Below are positions 34,931-48,200 of a stretch of DNA of 64,000 nt, in pieces (the first letter of the stretch is position 1; each line of letters opens with the position of its first letter). This DNA comes from Podarcis melisellensis (Eukaryota). The stretch lies in assembly GCA_964234715.1 (NCBI GenBank), contig OZ174282.1; one strand, 5' to 3'. The notes beneath the pieces were generated by a model that did no database searches, was not told the origin of the DNA, and saw only the letters and a program-made list of their open reading frames with translations. A program made the position numbers and the translations under genes.

Positions 34931-35480
34931 GGTGACGTTGGGGCTGGTGGTGGCGCAGCAGCGGCTCTCTCCAAAAAACTTCTGCTGCTCTCCGGGCTGT
35001 TGCTGGTGCCGCTTCGGGCTGCAACTTTTGCAGGCGCGGCCGCTGGGTGGGGCCTTGGGAAGCTCCGCCCCGCAGGCCGGGGATAGCCCCCAGCCCCAGG
35101 AGCAGGAGGCGGAGGAAGGGGAAGCGGCTAGGCGCCTCCGAGAGCGCAACCCGCGGAGCTGGAAACCCGCCCGACGGCAAGGAGCAGCAGAGAAGCCTTG
35201 CAAGCACTTGAGCGCGCTCAGCCGACGGCTTCTGGGCTTCTGAACCCGCTGGCCGCGGCGCCCCGTCCGTCCCAGGTCTCTTCTTAGGGCTTCTTCGAAA
35301 ACTCTTGATTTGTGGCGTCTTCTTTTCCTGGACGGCCGTGGCTGGAAGGCTACTAGGCACGATGGCTCTTCCCCGCTCCCAGGCGCAGCAATGCATCTAA
35401 ACGGCAGTTGTTGAAAGCTACAGGAAGGGACAAGGGCTCTTGCGCTCGGGTCCTACTTGCGCGTTTCCCACTGCTTCGCC
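34560..35480 (-). promoter_or_regulatory. VAMP3: VAMP3 CpG-island promoter and exon 1
   Basis: CpG-dense region; gtcaccAT|gtgagc, start codon split by intron 1 as in synaptobrevin genes. Confidence 0.82.
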
Positions 35481-36039
35481 GGACGGTGCACTCGATAGGC
35501 CACTGGCTTGATCCACCAGGGCTCTCCTTACTGTATGTTCTTAAATGCATTGCGCTGGAGGGAGGCTGGTGAGCCTCCGGTGCTCGTCCTACTCAGAGGA
35601 GATGCGCTCAAGTTAAGAACGGAGCAGCCCATCACCAGCTGCATTTGGGAGTACCTGATGGGGGGCACGTCTTTACCTGCACCACGCTTGATGTCAAATA
35701 TGATGCCTGGTGCTGGGCAGGTGGGCATGTTGGGCGGGACCGGACCCTGCCTACTTTTGATTTAGAGAAAGGTTGTGGCCGCAAACAGGCTAACAAGGAA
35801 TTTTCGGGAAGTAGTGATGTTCACCAACCTGGATGGCTTTATAAAAGGATTAGGCGCATTCATAATTCTTCTAAATGCTGGTTGCTGGAAGCCACAGGCA
35901 GGGAGAGTGCCCTTGTGCTTGTGTCCTGCTTGCGGGCTTCCCACAGGCATCTGGTCAGTCCTGTGAGAACAGGATGCTAGATCAGATGGTCCCCTTTTAG
36001 CCTAATCTGGCAGGATTTGCCTTATGCTCTTAGAACAAG

Positions 36040-36860
36040 GCATGACAATGCTTATCTCCTTTTGTTGATGAGTCCCTAGCCTGGTAGATTAGCGGGATGC
36101 TGTGGACATTGGAGTACTGCATATTGACTTCAGCAAAGCTTTTTGACAATTTCCCCCCATGACACACTTGTTATCTACTGGTATCTAAGGAATTGTATTT
36201 AAAGAGCATTTACAAATGCCTCTTGTTTACCTGGGGAAGAGTGTCGGGCAGGGTTTGGACTTGGGTCTGCTGTTGCTTAACACCTTTATAAATGACTGAA
36301 CAAGAAATGGAAATCTGCAGATGACACCGAACTGGGTGGTGTAGCTAAAACACTGGAAGATGGAAACAAGAAGACAGAGAAGTGGCCAGAACTATCAAAA
36401 CAAATTTCAACAGAGATAAATGTAGAGTTCAGTATGGAAGGTAGGCAAAACCTGGGCACATATGCAAGATGGCTGACTCACGGCACAACCTGTCACTCAG
36501 CCAGTCTTCCAAAGCCCAGAGAGTATTTCCACACAGAAGCAGCTCTGACGTGGCCTTTGCAGTGCTAATGGAAAGCTAGCCTAGGCTGGGCAGAAAGTGC
36601 ATTTGCATTGCAAAAGCCTTTCCTGTGATTCAGCATGGAAAAGGGCACTGAGGGCAATTCAAGCCTGGCATCTACAAAATACTACTGAGAATCTTCATTG
36701 CTGGAGCCCTCTGCGATGCCAGAAGAACAGCACTGATTATTTTGAGAGGTATGGCCTGGAGAACAGATCCAATGAGGAAAGGTGTTGGGTATGTCTAGCC
36801 AGGAAATGATATTAAAATGTTAGAGGACAGAGTCAATTTGTTTTCTGTTGCTTAAGAGCT
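36040..36860 (+). mobile_element. Degenerate CR1 LINE RT fragments
   Basis: gacttcagcaaagctttttgaca (DFSKAFD-like) and gcagatgacaccgaactgggtgg (ADDT-LGG-like); boundaries approximate. Confidence 0.65.
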
Positions 36861-38136
36861 GGAGGAAGGGGGGTGGGGGTCCTGCAGACCTCCAGATATT
36901 GTTGAACCACCAACATGCCCAGAAATGATGGGAACCACATCATAGATTCTCCACCTGCTACTCTAGAGGGAAGGCCATGAACCACAGGGCTTGAAACATT
37001 TTAAATGAAACATTAAGAAATTTCCTGATGGTATGAGGACTTTGACAGGCCAACAGATTGCTGTCTTGCAGGGCCGGCCCACCGACAGTTGCCTCAAGTG
37101 GCAGGGTGGGGAGGGTCAGCAGTCAGTTGATCACCTGCACTTGTTGCCTGTATCTGCTGCCTAGAAAAAGCAGGGCTGCTGGCTTCTAGTTTCCTGTGTG
37201 CCAGGAGATGGACGCTTCTCTCGACACCATGAAGAGAGACAGATAATCTGCATTTTCTGCATTCCTCTTCGGTTGGAAGAGGAACCTGGCTCTCATCCAC
37301 AGTTTGCCTGGCACTCGCTTCCCCATGGAATGTGAGGGCAGACAAAGGCACTGGGTGCATGGAGCAATCTGGCTGCCACGACCCCCAATCGCGTTCCTGG
37401 AAGAACAGGTTATCCTGCTAATTGGGGTTTTTTTTTTAACTACAGGTGTGTGCTAGAGATGATAAACTGCAAAAACGAACCCAGCTACAAGGATTTAAAA
37501 GGTTTGGATTGAGAGCAGATTTCATTCGGATGATGGGGGGCGGGGAGATGGGAGCCCACGGTTTGCTTATATCAAAGTTTTTCTCTACGTTTATGATACA
37601 GTAACCTTTCCCGGAATGCAAGTTTTTTTTAAAAAAAAAAGTGAGGAAGAAATTGGAATATAAATATGGAATTTAACAAAACTGGAACTGCATGTGTGAG
37701 AGAAAGGAACTGAGAGGGAAGAGGGCGGAACGCTACACTTTGAAAATATGGAGCAAAGCCTCCTTTAGCCACAAAAGAGTGTGTTTGACTCTTGGCCATA
37801 AATCAGCGGCAGGGAAGAAAGGAGTCTACCAGCTGCGGGAATAGAAGCTTTTGGACTACCTATTTGCAGTCTGGATTCAGACCGTTCTTCCTAGGCTGGA
37901 AAAATTGTGAAGGCGGCTTCGCGACTGGAAGCCAAATCATGGCCTGTAAGAATAGCCAGTGGCTGGAGGCATGTCCTGTGTTGTCACAGGGGCTCATGAG
38001 AAGCAAAAATGTCCCCCTCAATCATGGAAATGGGTATAGTTTTAATAACAACCCATCTCACTTATGCCCATTTTGCACTCCTGAACAGGTGCCCAAACCT
38101 GATAGTGAGTTTTATCCAAGGCTAGCCTGACTCAAT

Positions 38137-38199
38137 AGTAAACCCACTGAAGTTAATGAACATGACTAACTTAGGTCCATTGATTTCAGTGGGTCTACT
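38137..38199. repeat. Short palindromic interspersed repeat (other copies near 13961, 49273, 56045, 56468)
   Basis: agtaaacccactgaagttaatgaac-atgactaacttag-gtccattgatttcagtgggtctact; the arms are reverse complements. Confidence 0.75.
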
Positions 38200-38283
38200 C
38201 TGAGCAGGATCAAGTCGGTGGCAACCCTGTGCGTTGAAATAGGAGTAGCTATATTAATACATGCATATCTTAAAAAAGAACAG

Positions 38284-38438
38284 NNNNNNNNNNNNNNNNN
38301 NNNNNNNNNNNNNNNNNNNNNNNNNNNNNNNNNNNNNNNNNNNNNNNNNNNNNNNNNNNNNNNNNNNNNNNNNNNNNNNNNNNNNNNNNNNNNNNNNNNN
38401 NNNNNNNNNNNNNNNNNNNNNNNNNNNNNNNNNNNNNN
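38284..38438. other. Assembly gap (155 N)
   Basis: Run of N; true gap length unknown. Confidence 1.
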
Positions 38439-41400
38439 TTAACATGCACAGTTACAAAAATAAAACTTACAAAAAGAGACATCTATACTAGGTTTACATG
38501 CAAGTCTCGGGGACCCCCCCTCCCCTCTGTTTGGGCGCCAACTGCTGTGTGGAACTGCCATTAAGCGTGCAACCATAGAGGGGGTTCATGTTATATTCTT
38601 TATTTCGTTCACACAGGATCGTTCGTTTCACACGTGATGTCACACAAAGGAGCAATTCTGGGTTTGGGGGCGACATACAAGAGGGTCCAGGACTCAGGCG
38701 CTCAGGCACCTCAATGATTCAGGAAGGAGGCCCCAAGGGGGTCTTCCTGTTTCTAACTGAGTCCCGCAACCCAGGAAAGGGCAAGCAAAATATTATTTAT
38801 TTATTTTTAAAAAACTGATATACTGTCTTGGGAGCGTTCTCAAACCAAACATGCCCGAGGTCATTGATATGCCCAAAGGTGATGGCCCTGATTCACCAAG
38901 GCCTTTTGGCACGTGTCAAACTGGAATAAACACACAAGTTGTTCCAACAAGGACCCCACCTGGAGCTCTCTGAGGAACAAGGGGAGGGGGGAAATGACAG
39001 CCATGACCCTCAGCCTGCCTTGTAGGTCCCAAGCAAGGGCTTCTTGCTCCAGCCTTGGCAGTACCCCGAGAGCGAGGCTGACACTCGGTCAACGCAACAC
39101 CAAGCCTGCGGATCTGGAAGGGTTGAAGTGGAAACACCTCAAGGTAGCCCTGACTCTGAAGAACCCCCTTTTAGGACAAACGGAGGGGACAGGCTCCCAA
39201 AATCGCCACTCGGGTCATGACTGGTGAGGACGGAAAGCAACAAGGGTCAGCCCAAAATGAGACAACAAGCGCACCGTTTGAAAATGGCAAGCAGAGGGTG
39301 CTGCCAGGTTGGCGCCTGCTTCTGGCTCCTTGCTCCTCTTTGCCCCCCTGTGCAAAGGGCCCAGGAAGCCCAGGGCTGGCCTGAGAGGGCAGCAGCAGGA
39401 GCTGAGGTCTGCTCTGCCCGCCTGCCCAGCTTTGGGCTTTTCTGTGTTTCCCCCCCTTTACTGAACTGGGCCACAAAACAGCACTTAACAAACGTACAGA
39501 GGGGTCTAAGCAGGAGCTTCAGCACACACACCGCAGTTATTTTTCAGTCTTGGCAGTGAAATAAAGGAATTAAAAAAAGAGAAAGAGAGAGATATACAAT
39601 TTCAATGAGAGAAAAGGCACGGAGAGCTCTGACCCCAGGTTGGCTTTTGTCTTTCTTTTCGCTTTTGTTGCCACAGTCTTTGTGTGTTTTAACTCTTCTT
39701 TTATAAAGACACCAGTTTAAAAGCTTCACAGAATTGTGAGTATTTTTAGGCTTCACAACAAGCCTCTGAGCAAAGACTACACATTGCATCTGGTGGCTGG
39801 GATCAAGCAAGAACAATTACTCTTCCATAAAGCAAAACGCCTAGAGAGGCCAGGCCAAGCGACCAACCCACTGGCAACGTTTCAACTGGCACTAGCAGGA
39901 TACAGGGCATGGGGGGGGAGGCGTGCGGGATGGACGGAGGTAGCCAGGCAGAGCTGGACGGGCAGGTTGGCGGCCCCCCGCCGCCACCTCTGGCCTGAGC
40001 TACACCCAGTCAAAAGCCAAAATAATCCATCTGACTTCAGGCGCAGCGGAGTGTAGTTCAAAAATCAAGATTTGCCCACCCCCTCACCCCCACTTCCCAG
40101 CGTTTACATTTCACATCAGCTTCCATATTGAAATGACTCTTCTAAAACAGATTTCTTTGGCTCCTGTCTATGTGGAAATAGCAATATACCATGACACCCC
40201 TACAAAACCTGCTTGCATCTTTTAAACTTTTACTCTTTTTTTAAAATTTTGTGCAATTTTTAGTACATTGTCTGACTTCCAGCAGGAAATATGGATATGT
40301 GAAACATATTTTTTCTACTTTCATACTATTTCTTTTTCTTTTATTTTTTATTTTTTATTTTATGTTCATTCTAAGTGTTCTTTATTGGAGTGAGAGTGTA
40401 TGGTGTTAAGCTAGATACAATTTTGTATTCTTATGATTATCTGCTTTGCAAAATAACTTAATTTTTCTTAAGCAATATTAGCATTCACTTTACTTGGCAC
40501 CATTGGCAAAAAAGGAGAAATTAAATAAAATATTTAAAAGGTAACCAAGAAGGTTAAAAGAAATTTAAATAAACTCCTGGTAGCCAAAATCAAATGTAAA
40601 CATAACTCTTTTTTTTAAAAGTAATGTTACTTTGCCGTTTTTTTCCTAAGTCTAAATACATTTTAGCTCTTCTGCTTCTGCAGTTTAGTCATGCGTTAGC
40701 AAAATGTTCTTCTAAAGAACATTTAAAATAAAGTTTCTTATAGTGAAATAAAGTTTTTTTTGTTTCATTTTACAGACCATAAGCCACTAATGCTTTGCTT
40801 TTTCATGTCTTCTTTTTGTCCTTGAATTCATGCACATCTGTTTTAGTATATACAATATGTACAAACATCCACACTCTTCTCGCTCATTCAGACAAAACTA
40901 TACAAATACGCAAATTTCTCTTGCCAAGTTATTGACCCTTTGTGAATAAAATAGTTAGCAATTAATCAATATATTCCCTTTCAAATATTTATTTCTCATT
41001 TCCATTTCTACCTTCTCTCTATGTACAGAAACTGCCTAGGTTTTCTTTTTTCTTTTTTCTTTTTTGAGATGAAATAGCCAAAACAAGAGATTTACTGGCC
41101 GGAATGCAGCACCCGACTGCTCGCTCCCTTCGGTGGTAGAAATGTCCAGTCAGCTTATTTGCATGTGACTCTTCGGTCGAACAAGAGGTCTGCAGGTTAC
41201 CAAAATGCTTTACAAATCATCCTTGTTATTAAAGAAGTAAAAATCTTGCGTGAAGTAAGGCCAGAAAATAAAGTGCCAAATATGAGAAGTGCATATGGCA
41301 GCTGAGATACTTGAAGGCTCGAGAAAGAGAGAGAGAGAGAGAAAGAGAGAGAGAGCACAAGAGACAGAGAGACAGAGAGAAAGAAAAAGGAAAACCACCG

Positions 41401-42167
41401 AACCAAAAGGATCTTTTTGCTTAAGCTGCTCACCCATTCTCTCTCCCCCGCCCCGCACCCCACCCTCTTGCAAAATACCCGTTTGCCTTAAAAACACTGA
41501 CAGCTTTCTGGGAAAAGTCCCACGGGATACATTTAAAACCAGCAGATCTAAAAAGTTGCAGAGAGAGATTCGATGAAGAACAAAAAGACACAGGTGTGCA
41601 AAGGAGGTGATGGAGGAGGGAAGATGGAGGCCCCGCGCAAGACGGAAGGAAGGTGAGCAGCGCCTTTCCACAGGGAATCCCAACGGTTCCGGGTCTTGGA
41701 GATGATTGACAGGTGCAGGAATAGCATTCTTGGGTTGTGGGGTTTTTGCTTTTTTTGGTATTATTATTTGTACAGTTCCACACATTGTTTGTTTTGTTTT
41801 AATACAGCCCTATATGAAAAGGATAATTAATTGCTTCTCTTTTTTTTCATATTTGAGAGGAACGAAGCAACTCATGAAAACGCCTTCCGGGTGTCACTTT
41901 CCCCCCCATGATCCAACCAAAGATTTGAGTTCCAAGATGTCTTGCTGAACAAATTAAAAGTTGTCCATGAAAGTGCAAATGTAATGACTAAACATTACCA
42001 TTAAAATCCTGCAGCCGAAATTCTCGGCACTGCAGTCAGTTTCTTTTTTTTTTTTTTTAATAATTTTTTTTGTAGTTGTTGCATGTTTCTGCTAAAAACA
42101 GAAAATGAAAACAGTCTGAAAAGCAATGTCACATTGCTACGGGATGCTGCTGCCGCCGCCTCTTTCT
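38439..42167 (-). other. CAMTA1: CAMTA1 long 3'UTR (3' end probably in or near the gap)
   Basis: Follows the stop codon; AU-rich, no recognisable interspersed repeats, contains Pumilio elements and miR-17 seed matches. Confidence 0.65.
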
Positions 42168-42200
42168 TCAAGTTCCTTGGCCTTTTTCAATTCTTTCGCT
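42168..42200 (-). CDS. CAMTA1: CAMTA1 terminal coding exon (SERIEKGQGT*; alternative frame AKELKKAKELEERGGGSSIP*)
   Basis: Acceptor catttcag; AGC GAA AGA ATT GAA AAA GGC CAA GGA ACT TGA. Confidence 0.92.
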   Translation of the reverse strand, partial: SERIEKGQGT

Positions 42201-45200
42201 CTGAAATGAAAGAAAAGGGAAAATGGGGGAAAGGTATGACGTTTCTGTTTCCAAAACCCTTGGTGTGAAAAATGAAAAGGCATTATGCATTTCTTTATTG
42301 TTATTTTTTGGCAGAGGAAGTAACCACCTCATTTTTCTCCCATATTTAACTAATAGTTTAAGAATAGAAAGAAATTAACTGTATCCAGTTGTCACAAAAG
42401 GCAAGTGTCATTTGAAGCAGCTTCTAGGAAAAAGCTGGGGAGCGGGGGGGGGGGGGAGAATAGCTTGAGCTCTGAAAAGACAGAAGATCTATCTGTAGAC
42501 GGGTAGTTCCCATGTCTAGAATATATGCCAGTCACCTGTTCTGGATGCTGCTATGCTTCTTCTGAAATAACAGGTTTGCAGTTTGGGAGTGCTTATGGAT
42601 CCACCTTTGTCCCCAGAAGCTCAGGAGGCCTCAGGAGCTAGGAATGTCTTTTACCAGCCTTGTTGGTGTGTCAAATACAGACATTCTTGGACAGGGACAG
42701 TCTGGCCATGGTGATTTATGCATTGGAAGCCTCAATACTTGATTACTGCAATGCATCTACGTGGAGCTACCCTCAGGCCTTGTCCAGAGGCTTCAGCTGG
42801 TTCCAAACACTGTGGCTAGACTTGTTGGGGGTCTGACTGTCGCCAGCACAAACCTCTGGTGCTCAAGTTTGTACTGGCTGCCCATTCGCAACCGGGCCAG
42901 TTTCAAGATTCTTGTATTAATTTACAACGTGTTTTAAGAATTTGGCTGCAAGACACCTGAAGGATGGCCTAATCCCTTATATCCCTGTTCGATCACTGAG
43001 GTCTTTGGGGGGCATCACTGTTAGCAGTCCCATGTGGCTCAGATGCATGTAGCCGCACATTTAGTGTGGGCCCAATTTTATGAAACTCCTAATTGCAGTC
43101 AGACAGGTCCCCTGCCTACTGAACTTCTGGCATCTACTAAAAATATTTTTTTAATCCCAGCTGGTTTTTTAATTGAAGTTTGATTTTATAGTTTTAACTG
43201 GTTTATACTTTTTGTATTGCTTATTTGTAAATTGCTTAGACTATTGTAGTTAAGTAGTATATAAATGAATTGTTTAAATAAAAAACATTTAAATGTACAT
43301 TAAAAAAAATCCAGAGAGGTGGTGGTGCTTGATCCATATTGGAATCCCAGTAGGTAGCACATAATGGTCTGTGTGCTTTTAACCCTTTGCCTTCTGCTGT
43401 GATCCCAATCAGGACCCTATACCTGCAGTTTGCATGGAGGAATAAAGCTCTCATCTAAACAAACAGGTGTTTTCGTGCAAATTCCCTGCTGCTCACCAAG
43501 CAAGGTTCCTGATCTGGATTGCCCCTTCAGACACATGGCATTTTGTGTAAAAGAGACCAGCAACATGTAAAAGGTGCAGATACGTAGTGGTAGAAACATG
43601 ACAAGGGTTTCTTGTCTCTCCCTCAGCCCCACCTCTGGTCAAAAGCTGGCCAAGATAAGTTCAACATAAAGACCAGCCTTTCTCCTGAACCTTCTGTTGC
43701 AGTCAGCTGCATATGTAGGATCTCAAGGTATGCACAGGAACTCTCCATGAGACCAAGAATGATGCTCATTTCAAGGTGGGTTCAGACAACCTGCTCACAA
43801 CCAGCTTGGTCATCTTTGCTGGACAGCGAGCATGCTGAAGGGATGAAAATATCATCTAGCAATGCACCTCCACTGGCTGAAGCCATGGGCAAGTTGTCTA
43901 GCGCCAACTGAAATTGTCAGATGTGTAACTCTTCCTGGATGGACTTATCCTGTCTTTTCTCTCTTTATGTGCCTCTGTTGGAGACAACACTGGTCTGCCA
44001 GGCTTCCCAACTGGCTCCTTGGCCAAGACAGAGGTTGGAATGACCTTTCCTTTTTTGCCCCATGAAGCTAGAAACCTTTCCCTCTCTTTTATAGTTCTTG
44101 TCACTGACCACAAAGCCCTTTTGTCAAGCGTCTTCCCACCTCTCTCTTGACTTGCAACCTGGCCGGGTAGGCACACCATGTTCACAGTGAGTTGAGGTAA
44201 TAGACATGTTAAATTCAGAAATAGGAGATACATGTGTCAGGCCAGGCGTGCTTTTCCCATGCAAAGCCCACATTTTCCCATTGTGGACCCATTCACTGAG
44301 GTAGAAGACCCACCTGCTATGGGGTCTCATTGAGGACATGCATGATCAATCGAAGCTGGTGGCTCCTTTGCAGACATGCTGAGTCATGCAAAGTCTAGGC
44401 TAACAGAGCACTTCTGCTGGAGTGGAGGGGATGCAAGTCATGCTTTGTTGGCACCATCTGTCATCATCAGCATGCAGTGTCTGGACTGGTGGAGACCAGT
44501 TGCCATTGTCTGGAAAATGCATGCGGATTCTCGCCACATTCCACATTTGCGCGAGTACAGATGTCGTCTAGAAATTTACACAAAGCCTTACTTGGGACCA
44601 AATCAGGTGGCTGACTTGCTTGAATGCTGAGGTTTAAACACCAGACCAACTACTTAATGGATAGACAATTGTTGACTCTTGAGGTACAGTATTAAGAGCT
44701 TTGTGATGCTCCTTAGCTGAAATGGATGTAGACTCTAGAGCTGCAGTTTCTGATGTGACCACAAGATGTAACAATGGCCTTTAACGTGAGCCTCACCTCT
44801 ATATACCTGTGCCTTGGGCCAGGCCAGGCAGATCTATACAGAACGCTGATGCAGACTCAACTTGATGTAATGGATGTGTTGGCGATAGATGGGTGGCTCC
44901 TTGCTGTCTAGGCTTGCTGGCTGCATGCAACCAGGTTGGGCTAGAGATGGATCAGGCCCCTTTTTCAGTGTGGGTGCTGGGGCAGGGGAGTGATACTAAC
45001 TTGCTTTGAGCAACTGTTTCAAACACAGGTAGGTTTAAAATAATGTTATGCTTTGTTGGAAACACTATATCCAGTTTTACAACTATGTGCAGAGTACTAA
45101 ATCAATAATATATAGTGCTAATGAAATTGCAGGTTCAATACAACCATGATGCCACCAGCCAAAATCACATCCTTACTCTCCTTCCTCCTCAATGCAAAGA

Positions 45201-48200
45201 CACTTCTCCCCGTTTTGCAAAAGACTAAATATTCCAATTTATCTTATTCAGCAAAATTTATATACCATTAGTCAAATCTCCTAACATTGCTCTCACTTTC
45301 TTTTGGTTTTGTTGCTATTTTCTCTTATTTTGCAAAAACATTAAGCTGCAAACATCTGAAGAGCACTTTGACTTTTCTGGGATATTTTCAGAAAAAGCCC
45401 TCCCTTCCCAGCAGACCTTGGCTATGTTCTCGAGCTATCCTACCAGTTTAGTGGAGATGGTGGTGAGGCTCAATAGGCCTAGCCAGCACTCCATGGAAGG
45501 GGAATACACACCCTCAAACCTATCCCCCAATCTTCTGCAGCAGTAGGAAGGAAGTTTGGAGAACACTTAGGCCATTCTGAATAGGGGACACTGGCATGTT
45601 TCTCCTCCCAAATGGATAGGAATAAAAATATCCCTTCCACCCATTCTCTCCAACGTTTTATTGTGCAATCCTTTTCACACTTACATCCGTGTAAGCACCA
45701 TGGAGAACACTGTGATTTACTGATGAAGAAGCACAGGAATCAACTACAAGATATGGTAGTAAGAGAAATCTGGTTCAAATATAGTTGAAAACACCCTGAT
45801 TAGTTGAAAAGTCTAAAAAGTGGAGTGGGTATTTGTACACTTAGTGGTCAAACCCCGAGGCATGAAGATTACACTACAACAGAGGCAGACATCCAGACAC
45901 CATAGAGTTAAACAAGCCCCAGACAGAGCAGAATACTGGGAGGGGGATCTTCCATCTCCTTTTCCCATTCTAATCTGATGAGGGTTGGGTGGTTGCTTCC
46001 AGTAACAGCCAGAGCATCTTACTTGTGGGACAGAAGCTTCATTTACAATTTAGATGATATGGATGCAGCTTAGAACTTTAAACTAGAAACACTTTCACTG
46101 TGCATCCTTTCAGTAAAGGATGTGGTCACACTGCCGCACCCCGCTGCCAAGTAGATACCTCACTCCCCCTCCAAGCAGAGAATTTCCTTTGCTGCTTTCT
46201 TTGATGAATCACAACAAGGGGGTTGCATAACATATTGAAGAAGCAATGGCAGAAGCAGAAGCCCTGAAAAGCCACCTGCGGACAAAGCCCTCTGCCCAAT
46301 TATCCACCTCCCCACCCCAACTTCAGATGACGATATTGTGAGCAAAATGAGTTAGGTCTAGTTAGGCGGGGAAAATAACTTTGTAAGAGCAGAGAAATGG
46401 CTGAGTGAGTAAAAAGCACATTGCAAAGCTGTCTTGCATCACAGCGGACTCCAAAATGCCCAGCCAAAGAAATGCTGGATGAAGTGGACAGCAGAACTGG
46501 TTGGGGCAATGCGGAAGGTCAGAAACTGACCGGTGAAGGAAAAGGAGCAGAGGGTGGCAGTGGAGTGGGTGGAGCCCCAGGGTGGGACTTTAGAATCAGT
46601 TACCTGTTTCTCTTAGAGCAGTAATGGCTCGTGGGAAATTTGGGAAATGGGGGCTCCTCCCTTTTTCCAGATCTCTCATTTGGGTTGCAAAGCAAAAAGA
46701 GAGAGAAGGCCCAATAAGAGAGACACCCCAGAGCATGTGGCCTGCAACTTAACACACTGATTTGTACTTCGAAAGAATTCAGCTCCTGAAAGAGGCAAAC
46801 GGAACAAGATTACTTTGGAAATGGTGGTTGTGGCTGCCTTGACGCAGACCACATGTGATGCGTTATTTTCTCATCCCTGCTCTCTTGGACAAGCTTAGAC
46901 AAGTGGTGACGGGTGTCTTAAGTCACATGGACTTCTTGATAACTGGGCTGCAGCAACCCTTTCTCCCTCCCTTCTTCAACAGGGCCTCCCCAGCCTAATT
47001 CCAGGCCAAACTTCCTCTTTCTATCCCTCTTCTTTGTGCAGTGAAAGGCATTTGTCTGCTGGCCGTTTCCCTTCCTCCCAGCCTTTCAGAGTTTCTCAAG
47101 AGTTCCTCCTACTGCTCTATTGCTGGCTTCTCTCTCTGCTCCCACCTGCCTTGCCTCCTTGGGTGGCTTTCTTGTGCTTAACCCCAGATTGGCTTTCCAA
47201 CAACAAATCCACCATTCTCTTTAGCCTCACTCTTGGCCTTTAAAAGTCTCTCCCTGGTTTTGTTTCCACCTCACTGAAGGATCTCAGGCCCTGATGCTGG
47301 AGGGAGATGCGGGATTTGCCCAAGGCATGAGAAGTCCAGGTTAAACAAGAAAGAAAGAAAGAAAGACACCATCTAACTATGCACTTTCAAGGTGGCACAA
47401 GAACTGGGAAGCTGATGAGACTTCAGAAGAAACAAAAAATCCAGTGTCACATATAAATGGCTAGTGGTTAATTCAGGTTTCAAACATAGTAAGAGACATA
47501 CTTACCAAAACACACTATTGTCAGTACTCAGCCACCCTTATTGAATATAGCAATGAATATACTACAACCTGTTTAAATACAGATGCTGCTATCAGTGGGG
47601 CCACTCCCAGATCTGGAAATTTTATCTTTGCACCTGAGGAAGCTGCACAGCAGAGATAGCCAATGGGTTGCCCTTCAGAAAATATTGGACTCCAATTCCC
47701 CCTAGCCCAGGATGGCCAAAAGTTAGGGATGATGGGAGTTGGGATCCAGCAAAATTGGGTGGGAGAACCAAGTTGGTTACCCCCCACTCAATAGAGAACT
47801 GTGAAAAGAGCAGCTCTGAAAGGTTTGTCTGTGGGAACCCTTCAGACATGTCCTTCGTGGAGCTGTTAAGATGTACACTTTGGCTAGAGAGGTATTTTTT
47901 TATTCAACAATATTCACAAGAGGGCTGTACATATAAGGAAACTTACTCACTGAACATAGTATATCTATCTTTTTGCCAATTGCCCATTTTTCTTCTTTAA
48001 CATGAAATGGCAGCAACAGCTAAGCCTGCTTTGACATGCAAAAGTGCAAGGAACCCCTTACACAGCTATGATAGATGTTCCCTGAGCAGCCCCCAAGCTG
48101 TGGGGCCAAGACAGTGTTGCCTTGCCAGCGGGAAACCCCACACCTTTCCCAAACAACTAGAAATGCTTCACACAGCTGAGCTACATGCTTCCCTCTCCTA

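Noticed and set aside
34818-35396. 192-aa ORF across the VAMP3 promoter, and similar ORFs in the PER3 island
   Set aside because: Stop-poor CpG-island artefacts
38218-38491. ORFs containing X runs
   Set aside because: Artefacts of the N gap
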